This document shows positions 37,183-51,955 of a stretch of DNA of 64,000 nucleotides, piece by piece (position 1 is the stretch's first letter; every line of letters starts with the position of its first letter). The stretch covers positions 19,840,001 to 19,904,000 of the forward strand of contig NC_043013.1 in NCBI RefSeq assembly GCF_006345805.1, written 5' to 3'. The stretch comes from Octopus sinensis (lineage: Eukaryota). The notes under the pieces were generated by a model. It worked only from the letters and a program-made list of their open reading frames with translations, was not told the DNA's origin and searched no databases. The translations under genes and the position numbers were made by a program.

Positions 37183-38383
37183 ATTATTATTATTTATTGT
37201 TTTTGCACAGCTTCTAACGCTGGAGATGTACTACGGTGTCAGCTGTTCACTACCAGTGAATTAAGGTAACACTCCTGATTTTTCGAGTATCATCCGGAGT
37301 GTTCGAGCGGTTCCAAGCAGTGCTCTTTTCTGCAAGTGCTCCACTCTCATTGCGGCCCCTGTTTGTTCCATATACTTCTCAAGGTTTTTACTCACTGTTC
37401 CCAGGGCTCCGACAATTATTGGTACTACTGCCACCTTTTTCATCGACCACCACTGCTTGATGTCCCAAGCTAACCTGTCATGTCGACTTTCCTTTCTTCT
37501 GTTTTATCACACACCTTGTTGTCAGCTGCTATAGCCATGATCCAGAATCGCTTGCTTCCTTACTCAACACTATATATGGTTTCCTATTTTCTATTTCATG
37601 GTCGCATTGAACCATAAGATCCCAAAGGACCTTTGCAATAACATTTTCGATGAAGCCTTCGAGTTTATCATGTTCGTACCACTTTTTTGCTCTGTCAAGT
37701 CCATACCTGTTGCAAAGTATCCTATGGACAAGTGTCCTTACTAGATTGTCATGACACCTCTTATATTCTTTCTGGGCTAGTGGCATACATTGACTGGTAA
37801 TATTCCGTACGGCTTCACCATGTTGTCCACAAATCCTGCACTTACCACTTTCTGATGTGTTGTCTATTCTGTATTTGAGGTAATTCGTTCTTAATGCTTG
37901 CTCTTGGGCAGCACAGATAGAGCCTCCGTTTCCGATTTTAAATCACATTTATTCATCCATAGCCATCTTTTTTCAACATCCCTACGAAATTGCCCATGCA
38001 TTCCTTTCTTTATCCACCTGTTTTCAGTTTCATTCCTTCTCAAGTACTTTATCTTTACAATTTTCCATCCTACATAAGTCTGACTTTCTTACTTTCAATA
38101 ATAGTGATTCTGTGGCATTTTTTACATCTCATGCTGTTTACTTCTGCTCTAATGCTGTGTTCGCATCCAATCAGTGCACTTCCCCCTCCTTCTTCTTTGT
38201 ACATACAGTCTGTCTGTGTCACATTTTGGGTGGAGTATCCGATATCTAGTTAGCAACTTCCTTGCCTTTCTGTCTAAGCTGTTTAGTTCGTCTACTGCCC
38301 ATACGATTACCCCTGCACCATATTTAAGTAGTGAAATTGCCCCGGTGTTGATAGCTTCAATCTTATTCCGCCCGTTTAATTTC
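37183..38383 (-). mobile_element. RLE-type non-LTR retrotransposon (R4/Dong-like), 5'-truncated, in (TAA)n
   Basis: CRICGQHGEAVRNITSQC knuckle; LAQKEYKRCHDN; KVLWDLMVQCDHEIENRKPYIV; VVPIIVGALGTV..LQKRALLGTARTLR. (AAT)n tail at 37183-37197 and AAT array beyond 38383. Confidence 0.88.
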
Positions 38384-38463
38384 GATTATTATTATTGTTG
38401 TTGTTGTTGCTGTTGTTGTTGTTGTCGTTGTTGTTGTCGTCGTCGTTGTTGTTGTTGATGTTG

Positions 38464-38494
<31 letters not shown>

Positions 38495-38520
38495 TATCAT
38501 TATTATCATCATCATCCTCA

Positions 38521-38577
<57 letters not shown>

Positions 38578-39354
38578 TATTATTATTATTATTATTATTC
38601 ATGAACACGGTCTTACTAATTATCATCGGCGTCAGGAGGTACTAATTTGGCAATACTTTCTCAGCTCAACTTCGCTGTTTTTGCATTTAAAATTACCGAA
38701 CAATTCCTGTTATCTGGCATTTTATCGATTCTTTGCCGGATGGACTCACAGAGATTCCGATAGTTTCGCAAATTTGTAATGACAAATGAGTAATTCCTTC
38801 ATTTATTATTAATCTAAATAATTAAGCAATCACCTCGTGACAGATTCGATCCCTTGAGACTTTAAGAAGGAAAAGGTGAGAAGAGTCTTGTCTTTTTTAT
38901 TAGTAACAATATCCTAATAAATTTCACCATTTTTCATGAGTCCACCAAGACTTTTAAGTAGACACCCACTAACGTGTGTTGTAACCTGAGTCAACTATAA
39001 GGCCTATTCATGTTTGTTTGCCAGACAAAGCAGCTATATTTCCCTTTAATTCATAACAGTATATCATAGACGGAAAGACACTTTCAATAACATAGATCAA
39101 GGAACACTGCCTGAACAAAAACCAACGGAATGGTCACAGTTGGAATACTTTTGACGATAGATCTGCTTATTCAGTAGCATCCTAAGCATAAATAACAGTA
39201 AAAGTCCCAATTAATGCCTATAATGTTAACCAAATATTTTTGATAATGCAGTCCTAGATACACTGTGCGATTGAAGGACGGAATGCGTATGTGCGGACCA
39301 CTTTTGATGTCAAGTAAGGTTAATCAGCAATGACCTAAGGCGAAGCAGCAATAG

Positions 39355-39725
39355 CAGTGGAGGCGCAAAGGCCCAATGGTTAGGGCAGCGGACTCGCGGT
39401 CGGAGGATCGCGGTTTCGATTCCCAGATAGGGCGTTGTGTGTGTTTATTGACGGAAAACACCTAAGGCTCCACGAGGCTCCGGCAGGGGGTTTTGGCGAC
39501 CCCTGTTGTACTCTTTCGCTCCAACTTTCTCTCACTCTTTCTTTCTGTTTCTTGTCCCCGACTTCCTACGCAACCGCTGAGCCTGAATGCTCATTCATCC
39601 ATCTGTCGATGCTTTCGGTGTCGGGGGTTGACCTGCTTTCTCTTCTGCGGGTCTTACGAATAGCAAAGGACCACGTTTCGGACTTCTCCCAAGAGGACGA
39701 AGACCGCTTCGCTCAACAAACAAAC
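39355..39725 (+). mobile_element. tRNA-derived SINE (family C here)
   Basis: Head GGAGGCGCAAAGGCCCAATGGTTAGGGCAGCGGACTCGCGG..CGGTTTCGATTCCC with A/B-box-like motifs; AAAC-repeat tail. Confidence 0.8.
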
Positions 39726-41003
39726 ACAGCAGTAATAGCAAGACTATTTTGGATCACAGTTTTCTGGTTGCCAATTCATCTCAAATACAAAAGTCGACAA
39801 CAACTAAATTGACACACAATTATAATCTTCTGAAGTTTTGGTTTTTTGATTAACCCTGCGGTCAACCATTTTCAAGCGCACCCATCGTTAAGCAAGTACC
39901 AGCTGTGACCATACCGTATTTTTAGGGTATCCAGAGCTATATAACCTAATATTTTCTTTTTATCGTTTTTTTTTGTTTTTTGAGAGGCTCTATTAGGTTC
40001 ATCGGGAAATTTGGCTGATATTTCCGGTCAGTCAAGTAATCAGATAGCAGACTCATACACACATTTATATAGACTACCTGAAAGACTGCCCTCTGGACGG
40101 TTTTCCGATAGTCAGTTGATGATATTTCCCTAGCTGATTCCCAATAATTTTTATATTTTAATTCTAATTATTATGTTTTTTTTAATTATAGTGCTCACTT
40201 GTTTAATAAATATTGTTTTCATTATTTTATCGCAGTCATAATCTCTCTTTTTAAAAAAAACATCAAGGTAGTACAAATACGTTTAAAGAGCCCCCACCCC
40301 CACCCCGCAAAAAAAAGAGAAAACAGCAGCCGTCATATAGAGATATTTTAACACCTATAGCGTATGAAATTGCCATAGCAACAAATTCATTTGCTAATTC
40401 TTAGATAACGACGGAAAGGAAATAAGTCACACGGGTTCGAATCTTCAGAAAATTTTAATAAGTTGTTCAATATAATTTAATTTCAGTATGTATAAACAAT
40501 AAACTGAGAGCATTTACACAGCGAATTTAAGTCAACAAAAAACCTGATTTCCTCATCTGAAATAACGAAATAAAACTGGAAATAAAAAAAATTGCAATGA
40601 ATATATATTAAGTAGATTTTTATTAGTGAAAACAATTAGAGGCAGGATAGAGAGAAAGTGAGAGACTGTGTTGCAAATGAAGCGAAAGATTTTGCCAGAA
40701 CATATCAATATTGTTTGTCAAATGTTAAAACCTACTCTGCCGTGAACGTAAGGCTTGGCAACAAATATTTAAATTTGTGATAGTAAATAATAACAGACGC
40801 TTCGCAAGTGCCTTTTTATCGATATATATTAACAGAGGAATTTATAAAAAATTTCCAGAGTCAAACCTATGATATGGCTATTATGGAAGATATGACTAAC
40901 TAACTAAGAGACGTAATAGAAGTTTATATGTAGATATATAGCTGAGTCAATCTGTTATATATATTTATCATTAATAATTGGTAGAACTTACACAGGTGTG
41001 CAC

Positions 41004-41042
<39 letters not shown>

Positions 41043-41369
41043 CGGAAGGATTGATGAATACATACAAACACACACACACACACACACACAAAAGTTGGGT
41101 GCTGTAAGAACACATGGGGATGGCATATCCTTCCTTTTTCAAATATACCCAAATTGAAAATGATCTAATATAACGATATCATTCATCCAGCATGTGTCGA
41201 AATATGCAAGAACAATTGAATTCCTCACGAATACGTGTTTTTTTACATATAATTTATTTGTTAATTCTATTTAATGAAACCTGCTAAAAGCAATATTTTG
41301 CTTTAAAGTAGTATATCCTTGTAGGCACAATTGTCAGTAATCATACTATTTCCATTTTTCTCATCCAAT

Positions 41370-42385
41370 GTTTTTACATTAGCCTTTGTTCGAACTCTAC
41401 ATAATGCGACATACTATGTGAGAAGAATGGTATCGGAACATATATTGCAATTTGTTCAAATGTCTGCCCATGTGCCTTGTTGCACATCAAAGCAAAAGAT
41501 GGCTTGACAGGAAATTGTTTGCGTGTGAATGTGAATGGAAATTTCATTTCTTGAAATACATGTGACATTCTTGGGATTTGCAGAGTTGATCCTGCATAAG
41601 GACCAGAAGCAACTTCAGCCTCAGTAACATGATCATGTAAACTGACAATGATATAGCGTGTGCGATTGCAATGCTCATTAGTAGCATTTAAATTTCTCTG
41701 CATCATTTTTTCTTCGGTTTGAGAATGTGTGGAAATCCTGATGGAGTAACTTTGTTGATGAACTCGATTGGGTTTCATTATCAACCGTATCTGAGCTTCT
41801 GTATATTCTCAGCTCACCAGGGAGCCTGGTCAACAGAAAACCATTCACAAATTGTGCTGCTTCATTTGTTGGAGTAACAATCGTTCTATTTGCAAGCCAC
41901 ACAGTGTTTGTGAATTTAGTTTTGAGGTCAGCATATACAAAATCACATAAATCTGAAAGAGTACCACTTTCAAGGCAAAGGTTATTGGGTAGTTTGATTT
42001 TGGATTCACCTAGGCCTTGTTCAACAGAAATGTTACCATTTCCTACATCAAGAGGGTAATTAGCAAACTCTTTTTCTTCAGAATGACCTTCGGTAAGAAG
42101 TCTTAGATTGGTTGTCAACACCACTGCTTCCACATGATCGCAAAGAAACGATCTCTTTAGTGTTGCATCAACAATTTTTGATCTGACATCGTTATTTTGA
42201 AGTAGAATATTCTTCTCTAGAGACATCCTAACCTGTCGGTAATGTGTAGCGGAAACAGAACCATGTCTACGTCTCCGTGTATATTCAGGCATCTCTTTCA
42301 GTCGCTTTGCTTTGGTTTCATCCGACTGAGTTGCCCATCTTTCCCTCTGCCGTCTTGCCTTTGCTGCTAAATTTTCATTTTCCAT
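41370..42385 (-). pseudogene. Helitron RepHel deletion derivative: N-terminus fused to the C-terminal half of a Pif1-like helicase
   Basis: KIVDATLKRSFLCDHVEAVVLTTNLRL; LDVGNG; IVTPTNEA; PIEFINKVTPSGFPH; QRNLNATNEHCNRTRY; RKQFPVKPSFALMCNKAHGQTF; FFSH. Frameshifts near 41700-41770; no HUH Rep motifs or Walker A. Confidence 0.9.
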
Positions 42386-42468
42386 CGCATAGGTTTTTAA
42401 AAGCCTTATGCCAATTGAAAAATTCAAATGTGATATTTGTGTAACAAAGAAAAGAAATTTGGAGTGTA

Positions 42469-42518
<50 letters not shown>

Positions 42519-43039
42519 TTTGTGTGTGTTTGTGTGCGTGTTTGTGTGTGTATGTTTATACTAGAGAGACAGTGTGAGTGTGTTTGTGTGTGATAGGGAG
42601 TGGGGAGAGAGAACATTGGAAACATTGAATGAAAATAAGCATGAACTGAAAAACAATCCATCTTGTTTAGAAGCGATCACATAGTTAAATTAAGGCTTAC
42701 ATTAAGATCTACTCCGCAGTGAATGTAATGAATATTTAAGCTTATGAAGAATTTGACGCAGTGAATGCAATGAATATTTAAATTTGAGAGAATATGCAGT
42801 TAAATATTTCAATAAACTTGAGAAATCGAAATTATAGGAAATTTTTTAGAGCAAGAATTCACAGAAATATTTCCAGACGGTCAAGCTTTGAATATTGCCT
42901 TCTTTTAGTAGGTTTAGTAATTGTTACATACCTAATTAATAAGCAGCTTTCTCCATTATAGTATTCACACACACACACATGATAGTAGTAAATTATTAAA
43001 TGTTTTTATAATGTGAAATTATGCAATCAAATTATTTAT

Positions 43040-43415
<376 letters not shown>

Positions 43416-43737
43416 ATATATTTATACACACACACACGCACGCACGGATACACACACACATACAGTTGTCCCATCGCTACAAGGAGGCAGGAGTTCGCAA
43501 TGTATTATATGCAGGTTGCATCGTTAACCAGTTAGACGAAATGTCCTGTTGTGGTCAAAAAATCACAGTAATGTCCATTCCAACGGGACACACATGTTGA
43601 AGTGGCGACAACCATTAGTCGCCAGTACAGCTACTGCGTCCATCTCTTACAGTGATTATAGAACTAGCTTTTTTGCTTTTTATGTGTGTATGTGTGTGGT
43701 GTGAAGTGCATGTGACTGTGTATCATATTGATAAAGT

Positions 43738-43834
<97 letters not shown>

Positions 43835-44522
43835 AGGATCTGAATGTATTTGATGAAAAAGACTATAGATGTATGCATGTATGCGCGACAGAAAGTTTTT
43901 ATATGTATATATATATCCTCGATGATAAAATCCATACACACACTCACGCATGCGCATGCACACCCACACACATATACACACGTACACACACACAGTCACG
44001 TACGTGCATACACACATGAACGCACAGAAATGTTTATATATATGTATATATTGAAATCAATAACGTTGAATGTCATATCACATAGTCGAATCAACATATT
44101 TCCCTGATCGTGAGTATTAAACCTTCATGCGAGCAATAACAATCATGTATATGGTTTTTTCGCATTTCTATATACATATATGTGTGTGCGTACGTGCGTG
44201 CGTATATCTGAGTACGCGTGTTTATGTGTGTGTGTATGTATGTATGTAGGTATAAGGAAAGATAAAGATAAATGGAGAGAAATACCCACACGCACACACA
44301 TATGTTTGCATGCATATATGTGTGTGTGTTTCTGTGTTTCTGTGTATGTATGTGTGTGGTGGTTGGCTGGCATTATCTGTCGTTACCGCATTTCGAATCC
44401 CATAGTAACTTAAGTAAAATAGCATTTATTTTCCAAGTTTTAGTTTAATATAATATTAGAGCTACATAATACACAGACACATACATATGTATGCATGTAT
44501 ATATATATATATATATATATAT

Positions 44523-44610
<88 letters not shown>

Positions 44611-44625
44611 TATATATATATGTAT

Positions 44626-44669
<44 letters not shown>

Positions 44670-44739
44670 GTATATGTATGTATATGGAAATACATGCATA
44701 TATATATATATACATACACACACACATATATATATACTT

Positions 44740-44772
<33 letters not shown>

Positions 44773-45351
44773 GCACTAAACAAGTGAGTATTTTGCCGTT
44801 TCCTTTATATTTGGTACACACAAAATTTTGTTTATTTCAAAATGTGATTCCCTTTTCTCTTAAAACAAATTTCTTCAATATATTTATTCTACCATTTTCT
44901 TATTCGACGTCTTCAATCAGATATCACTGTATTGTCGCTACCATATAAAGTCCGTCCACCTCCCTCATTCTTCGCTTATATATTTTTTTGTTTCCTTTAT
45001 TTCTTTTGCTTGACTAAGTATCTTTTTCTTCGTTACTAAAATATTTCTTTCCCATCGCTAAACCCGGTGTATATATCTTAAACTTGCAGGCTTTTTTATT
45101 TTCTCTCGTCTTCACTTTAATATCTTTCTATATGATATGTTTTACCATTGATATTCAGTAAAAAGAAATTTATATATATAAACATACCAAAGATATTCTG
45201 CTCGCATCAATTTATCGCATATTGAGAAATATTATTGTTGGTTTGCTATTCTTTTAATAACTTTTGTTCTATGTTTGGTGCGTTAGAGTTTAGTAGAAGT
45301 TGCTACTATGTTAAATTATCGTTGTGGGTTTCACTTCCAGATAAGACTAAT

Positions 45352-45545
45352 AATATTTTCAAATTTTGGCACAAGGTCAGCAATTTTGAGGCAGGGGGAA
45401 AATTGATTACCACGACCCCTGAGCTCATCTGTTCCTTATGTTATACATCCACGAAGAATGAAAGGCAAATTCGAACTCTGAACATCAAGAAGGGTAAAAT
45501 GCCGCGGAACATCTTGCACGAAGTGCTAACGTTTCGGCCAGCCTT
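45352..45545 (-). mobile_element. SINE family A
   Basis: ttttggcacaaggtcagcaattttgagg..gaatgaaaggcaaattcg..gctaacgtttc. Confidence 0.7.
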
Positions 45546-47239
45546 TGACCAGACGGATATTAAATTCATGTTGGTTTTTACGTTAAAAGTTAAGTGAGAA
45601 TTGGTGGTTCTGTCATGTCTTCAGCACTTCGTGTAGTCCAAACTTTTGTTATCCCTGCGATTAATATCGAGTCTGATTTTCTGTAAGTCAAAACGTGGCC
45701 AGGAAGAAAATTGGTGAACCTGATTCAGACGGTTGGAATAGAGTGAATATTCAAAGGTCACCAAAGAACCAAGCAGGGTAGTAGTAACATTAATGGTGTT
45801 AAGTGTGTTAGCGGTGGTATTAAACTGAGTGGCGTGATATATCTATAATATATCCCACATCAATCGTAACCTACCACAGCTACGTTCAAAGGTTGGGCTG
45901 TTCTGATTTCAAATGTATGTGGGAATATATGAGGTATTATGTAATACATCATTTCCTTGATTATGGTAGGAGGACGTAATTGTTGAAGGGGGATCTGACT
46001 GCGTGATTAGTATAGTATCGTGGCACCATCTGGGGGTTTAGCGGAAAAAGAGAAGATAATTAGACCGGAGACACAAATAGGTCAGAACGATGCTGAGATT
46101 TAACAGATTAAGGAAGGACTGACGATGGAAAGAAGAGGCAAGTTAGGACATTCGACTTATTTAAATATTATTCTATAATTTCTTCCGGTCTTCTTAAACT
46201 GAGTCATGGAGTGATATCCTAACACCGAGATGAGAAGGTTGTAGGATCATAAAGAAAAGCATTGGATGTAACAGTTGATGTCTTACATTGTGAAGAAGAC
46301 TACAGAACTTCAGACCTGGTGTAAAAAACATGCTACACATAAATTTTTTGTATTTTTTCTTTTTCACTAACAAGGGAGGAAACAAAGATAAGAATTTATA
46401 GTCGCTTAGCTCGACGCTACACCATTCAGCCGTCTTAATATTGATTCATAGAATGATAAGGTCTACCCTTTTGGCGATGTGTGTGTATGAGTGTTTGCGT
46501 ATTATTGGGGATAATTTTCGAAACGAAAAAGCCGGCGTATTCATCAACTGCCGACGAGGAGCTGCGCTTCCGCGGTAGATTTGAAAAATTAGAATGTATA
46601 AGCACGGGGCATATATTGGATTGCCTCGTGTATATATATTTAATCTAAGGTGTAGCTGCTGAAGATGGCTTCGCCTAGCAAATTATTTTATTTGCTAAAA
46701 AAATGTCTGGTAGTAATTTGCAAGCTCCAAAATGCTTGTAATGTTCGTTATAACGTGTGCAATGTTCGTTATAATGCGTGCAATGTTCGTTGGGGGAGGC
46801 ATATTTTTTATTGCACTCGCTCTAGATGGATCTCGTCAGCGTCCATTTTCCTGAATAATCTGCTGCAGAAATAATTATTTCTTTGGTTTCCTACCAAACG
46901 GAAATCACATTTGAAACCTCCTACGCAAGCTTCGAATATCTCGCCGCCACTTTTATATCCTGGCACAGATTGGTATAGATAAATTATGCAGCGGAGGTTT
47001 ATTCGATGTGTTCACACGACGTTCTTCGCGAGACTAACAAACGTTCTCTCTATTACCGAACACTACACTTTATAAGAGTTCGGCTTGTCCATTCTGCCAA
47101 TACCCCAGGGGTGTCAATGACTCTCGCCACATAAACACACACCGATACACACACACATGCATGTACACACGCACGCACGCACACACATGCACATACATGT
47201 ACACACGCACGCACACACACACACACATACATGCACACA

Positions 47240-47800
47240 CAACACCGGCCAAGCTCCCAAGGCAAAAACAGTGATAGGGGACCCATTTCAGATTTTGCAT
47301 TGATCCTCAGACTGGGAAATGTAATTAGACCTGACGGGAGGACTTGTTTTTCCAGGGGAATAGTGGTAAGATCACACTGATCAGACATGCACTCCAAAAA
47401 TACTAAAACAATCTTTGGGGTCGAACCTACAGAGCTCCGTGAGGACAGATACGGTATTTCCCACCAGGTGAAAAAAAATGTCATGAATTAGTCGACGACA
47501 TACTTGTCAAAGGAGGGAATGCCGTCTCATTTCCCATTAAAGTCGACTGCCGCAGCTTTCCATCAGCGTCAGTACACTATTGCCTGCAGAAGATAGATCT
47601 GAAACCCAGACAACTGAAGAAAGCCATGGCAACTGAAACTAGGAAACGATGGCTATAGTTGATAAGAGACTGGAAGTGGAACCCTTCGTGAGTGAAGAAT
47701 AGCTCAGTTCTCACTGCTGAACTCAGGCGAAGCGTACAGGTTAAAGAGAGAAACACATGTGATACTCAGATACCTGCTAAAAGTACGGAAGTGTTCCCAG
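47240..47800 (+). mobile_element. HERO-like RLE non-LTR retrotransposon 3' fragment
   Basis: DWEM*LDLTGGLVFP; VEPTELREDRY; KKCHELV; FPIKVDCRSFPSASV..KKAM..RWL. These match, from recall, the HERO-clade endonuclease C-terminus (DW...DL...L.FP, ELTVPWE, FP.EVGCRGF). Confidence 0.6.
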
Positions 47801-48074
47801 CATTGCAATGGATTTAGCAGAGCCTGCAAAACCTCGGAATAGTTCCTGCGGTTTCTTCGTGGGGCAAAGGATCTCTAATTTTCTTTCATATATATATTAT
47901 ATATATATATAATATCACTTTACCTTCACCCATTTGGTACACTAGGTAATGTAATTTCAATACAATAAAAAACAGTTGTGTGTTAATACTTGCGTATTCT
48001 ACCAGCGGTATATTGGATACATATTATCCCTTAGTGTGTTGGATTCACAACCCCTAACTTTCTTGGACTTATAT

Positions 48075-48108
<34 letters not shown>

Positions 48109-48114
48109 CATACA

Positions 48115-48282
48115 CACACGACGTGCTTCTATCAGTTTCCGGCTACCAAATCCCTTCACAAGACTTTGATCGGCCCGAGGCTATATCAGAAGACACTTGC
48201 CCAAGATGGCACGCAGTGGGATTAAACCCGGTACCTTGTAGTTGGTAAGCAACATACTTACCACACAGCCACTACTGCGCCT
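48115..48282 (-). mobile_element. SINE family B head half
   Basis: acgacgtgcttctatcagtttcc..cggcccgaggctata..gacacttgcccaag..acttaccacacagccact. Confidence 0.8.
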
Positions 48283-48304
48283 ACATGTATATATATATAT
48301 ATAT

Positions 48305-48557
48305 TGTTATATTTCGGAATGGTCATTTTGCCAGTTTAGCCAATAAAAACACACGCACTATATATTTGGTGTTATTTTGCTTCAGTGTTATTTATTTTTT
48401 ACATTAATCTTAATCTTATTTCGGCCAGAGTTCTTTCGTTACGCTCCTGTGACCGCATCAGTGGGTCCTTGTTTTCTTCTTTCTTATTTGTTGTATCTCA
48501 TTACTAACCGTCAACACACGACTTCACATAAAAATCTTGCACAACAAATATTTAAGC

Positions 48558-48560
<3 letters not shown>
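48305..48560 (-). mobile_element. Short TA-embedded element with a hammerhead-like core; truncated copy at 55198-55245
   Basis: Unique 255 bp between TA arrays; first ~45 bp identical to 55198-55245. Minus strand reads CUGAUGC-GGUCA..UGGCC-GAAA. Confidence 0.5.
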
Positions 48561-48597
<37 letters not shown>

Positions 48598-49159
48598 CTT
48601 GTAGAGACACCGTATTTCATTGTGCACCCATAATCTACAACCAAGTATATTAAAGGCTTTATTATAAGTCAATGCTGCATCTAATTGCATTAGCAGTGCT
48701 ACTAAATCACTTTTTCAGGCTATTTCTAGAGATTTTCTATAGAAATTGCAGACAGCACTGATTTGTTACGAAATTTCTGCAACGAAATAACTTAACAAAT
48801 AAGTGCTAGCTAATTTTTATATACATATTATATATGCGTGCGAGCGTGCGTGTGTCTGTGTTTGTGTTCACGAAGGACTTCTTTCAGGTTTCGTCGAACA
48901 AAATCCATGTACAAAGCAAAACTCAATCAGAGATCTTGCTCTTAAGTATGTATTGTTCATCCATGGTGTGGCGGTGGCAATTTTATCTCCATCTGTTATT
49001 ATTGCATATGGTGTATGTATACATGCATCTATATGGCTATGTATCTATATTTACCTACCTATTTCTGTATATATACATACATATCTATATATATATACAT
49101 GTATGTATGTCTATATGCATGTATATATCTGTAAGGATATATATGTATGTATACATATC

Positions 49160-49186
49160 AGTCTGTCTATCTATCTATCTATCTAC

Positions 49187-49259
<73 letters not shown>

Positions 49260-49304
49260 CGTCTATCTATCTATATATCTTATCTATCTATCTATCTATC
49301 TATA

Positions 49305-49343
<39 letters not shown>

Positions 49344-49407
49344 ATGTATCTATCTATCTATCAATCTATATCTATCTGTATCTATCTATCTATATCTATA
49401 TCTATCT

Positions 49408-49476
<69 letters not shown>

Positions 49477-49576
49477 TATATATATATCAATCTATCTATC
49501 CATCTATATCTATCTATCTATCTATATCTATCTATATCTATCTCTCTATCTATCTATCTATATATCTATCTATCTA

Positions 49577-49646
<70 letters not shown>

Positions 49647-49710
49647 ATATATATATATATATATACATATATATATGTCTATATATCTATATATCTATCT
49701 ATCTATGCAT
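49160..49710. repeat. Large imperfect (TATC)n / (TA)n array
   Basis: Direct reading; source of the 310-337 aa YLSI artefact ORFs. Confidence 0.95.
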
Positions 49711-50689
49711 TTGTGTATGTATGTATGTATGTATGTATGCAAGTTTTACAGTCATCTTATTGGTAGAATGTTCTGGAAAGCATGAATGTGGTAAACGGGC
49801 AAAAATTAAAAGATGAATTACGCAGATGTTACTGAAACAAATCCAAAGATTTCCTAAGAGTATTTCCAAATTGCAGAATTGAATTTAATTCTGGTGAAAG
49901 AATTATATTTAGATCTCAAATGCAGACAAACCATTTCGTAATTATTTCTAGTGATTCCTTAACTTCGTATCCTGGTGGAACTCAAAGAATCTTGAAATTA
50001 GCTAATTGCATGATTTAGTCATCGAAGTTCAATATTATATAATGACATATTATCTAAATGATATATATATTATATATATATATATATGTGTGTGGTGTGT
50101 GTGTGTGTGTGTGTTGTGTGTGTGTGCGTACGTGTGTGCGACTGAGTGTGACTGTGTGCATATATGCATACGTATTCCTTGTAAATGGAAAGGTGTAATA
50201 AATACATTTGTGTATAGATAAAATATAATCATGTTCATACTTAAATACATATTTATACATGCATATATATGTGTGTGTGAATGTGTGTTTATATGGGTAT
50301 GGTAGTATCTGCATACATATTTTATACGTATATGTGTATATATGTTATATACATATACATATATGTGTGTGTATACACACACACACACACATACACACAT
50401 ATATATATATATATACACATTCATACACAGTCACAATCACACACACACAGATAAATATGCATATAAACATGAACGTATGTGTGTGTGTGTGTGTGTCTAT
50501 ATATATGTATGTAAGTGTTTATATAATGTTCGAATTACAAGCAAATGAAAAGTTTATTCTTCCCTACGAATGGTGGATTGCTTTCGGAAGAAGATAATGA
50601 CTCCACAGGAACGCTTATTCACATACTATTCCAGCCATCAGCCATTCACGTATATGTGTTGCCAATGAACCCTCACTTACTGGCCGTCA

Positions 50690-51580
50690 TCACCTACACT
50701 ACCACCATCATCATCACTAACACAACGAAATCAGGACAATCGCCGACGTCAACACTTTCATCGCCATCTGCACCACCACCACCACCACCACTGCCTGCAA
50801 CACACTCAATACTTCCTCAGCCATCGTCACCATTACCGTCAATACAACCATCGACAGCTGCAACAATGCTGCATATACTTGCACCTCTACTCCCACGTCA
50901 ACCACTTGCATACTGTTACCATCACCCCCACAATCACGTGGAACTACAATAATAACAAAAGAACGTATATTAACGCCTTCATGGCAACCATCATGCCATC
51001 TCCCCCAATGCCACTACCATGACCACCGCAACCATCTGCTTTGATCCTCGCCAAAACCTTCACCACCACCATCCCCTCCACCCCCTCTGCCAACCCTACT
51101 ATCATCACCGCTATCATCTTCACCACAAATACCTCCTCTAGCAACTATATCATTGCCACCATCACCAGCACCACCAGTGCCACTACCCGTTCCAGCACCA
51201 TTCCTCCCACCACCTCAATCACTTCCACCACCATTACTAGGACCTCTAACTCACATATACTCTTTTTCTCCTCACCACCACCACCACCACCACCACCACC
51301 ACCACCATAACTTATCCCCATACCATCTCCTCCTCCACCGCTGCCATTTCTAATCAGAAACACCACCCGCGCCGTATACACGTGTTCCAACCCCATTCGC
51401 AACCTCCACCACTATATAATTACCACCATCACCTCTACTCACATCACTATGACTACCCCTTTCATCATCGCCACCACTACTAATACTACTCTCCACGTCA
51501 CCACCACTACCACTACCACCACCACCACCACACCACCACCACCACCAACAGCAACAACAACATCACCACCGCCACCACCA
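50690..51580. repeat. Degenerate CAC/CAT/ACC low-complexity tract
   Basis: Direct reading. Confidence 0.8.
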
Positions 51581-51955
51581 AATATTCTTGTTAATTTGTA
51601 GATTCCTAATATGTGATAACCATTCCTTCCTTCTGCTCTATATTGATTTCCTTCAGAAGGTCCAAACATTACAGAAAGCATCGAGGCCATCTTCATATTT
51701 CAATGAGATAACATCCATCTGGAGGCCTTTTAATTACACTGTTCCGTGACTAATAAACGAAATATAATAATGAGTTTAATCAACAGGCTTTTAACAAGAT
51801 GCATTTGTTTTCTTTTTTCCTTCCCTCCCACCACTACCGCCGCCATCATCATCATCACCACCATCATCACCACAATCCATCAATATTCTGTTAATCCAAA
51901 GAATAAAGAAGGGATGTAACGCCCAAAGCCATTTCTCTAATTTCCTGCAACATAG

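Noticed and set aside
42386-42661. N-terminal extension of the 327-aa ORF 41678-42661
   Set aside because: It runs through a (CA)n array from a non-ATG start; the plausible start is ATG 42385.
50545-51696. Thr/Pro/His-rich mucin-like ORFs
   Set aside because: Degenerate CAC/CAT repeat with overlapping ORFs in several frames; no supporting structure.
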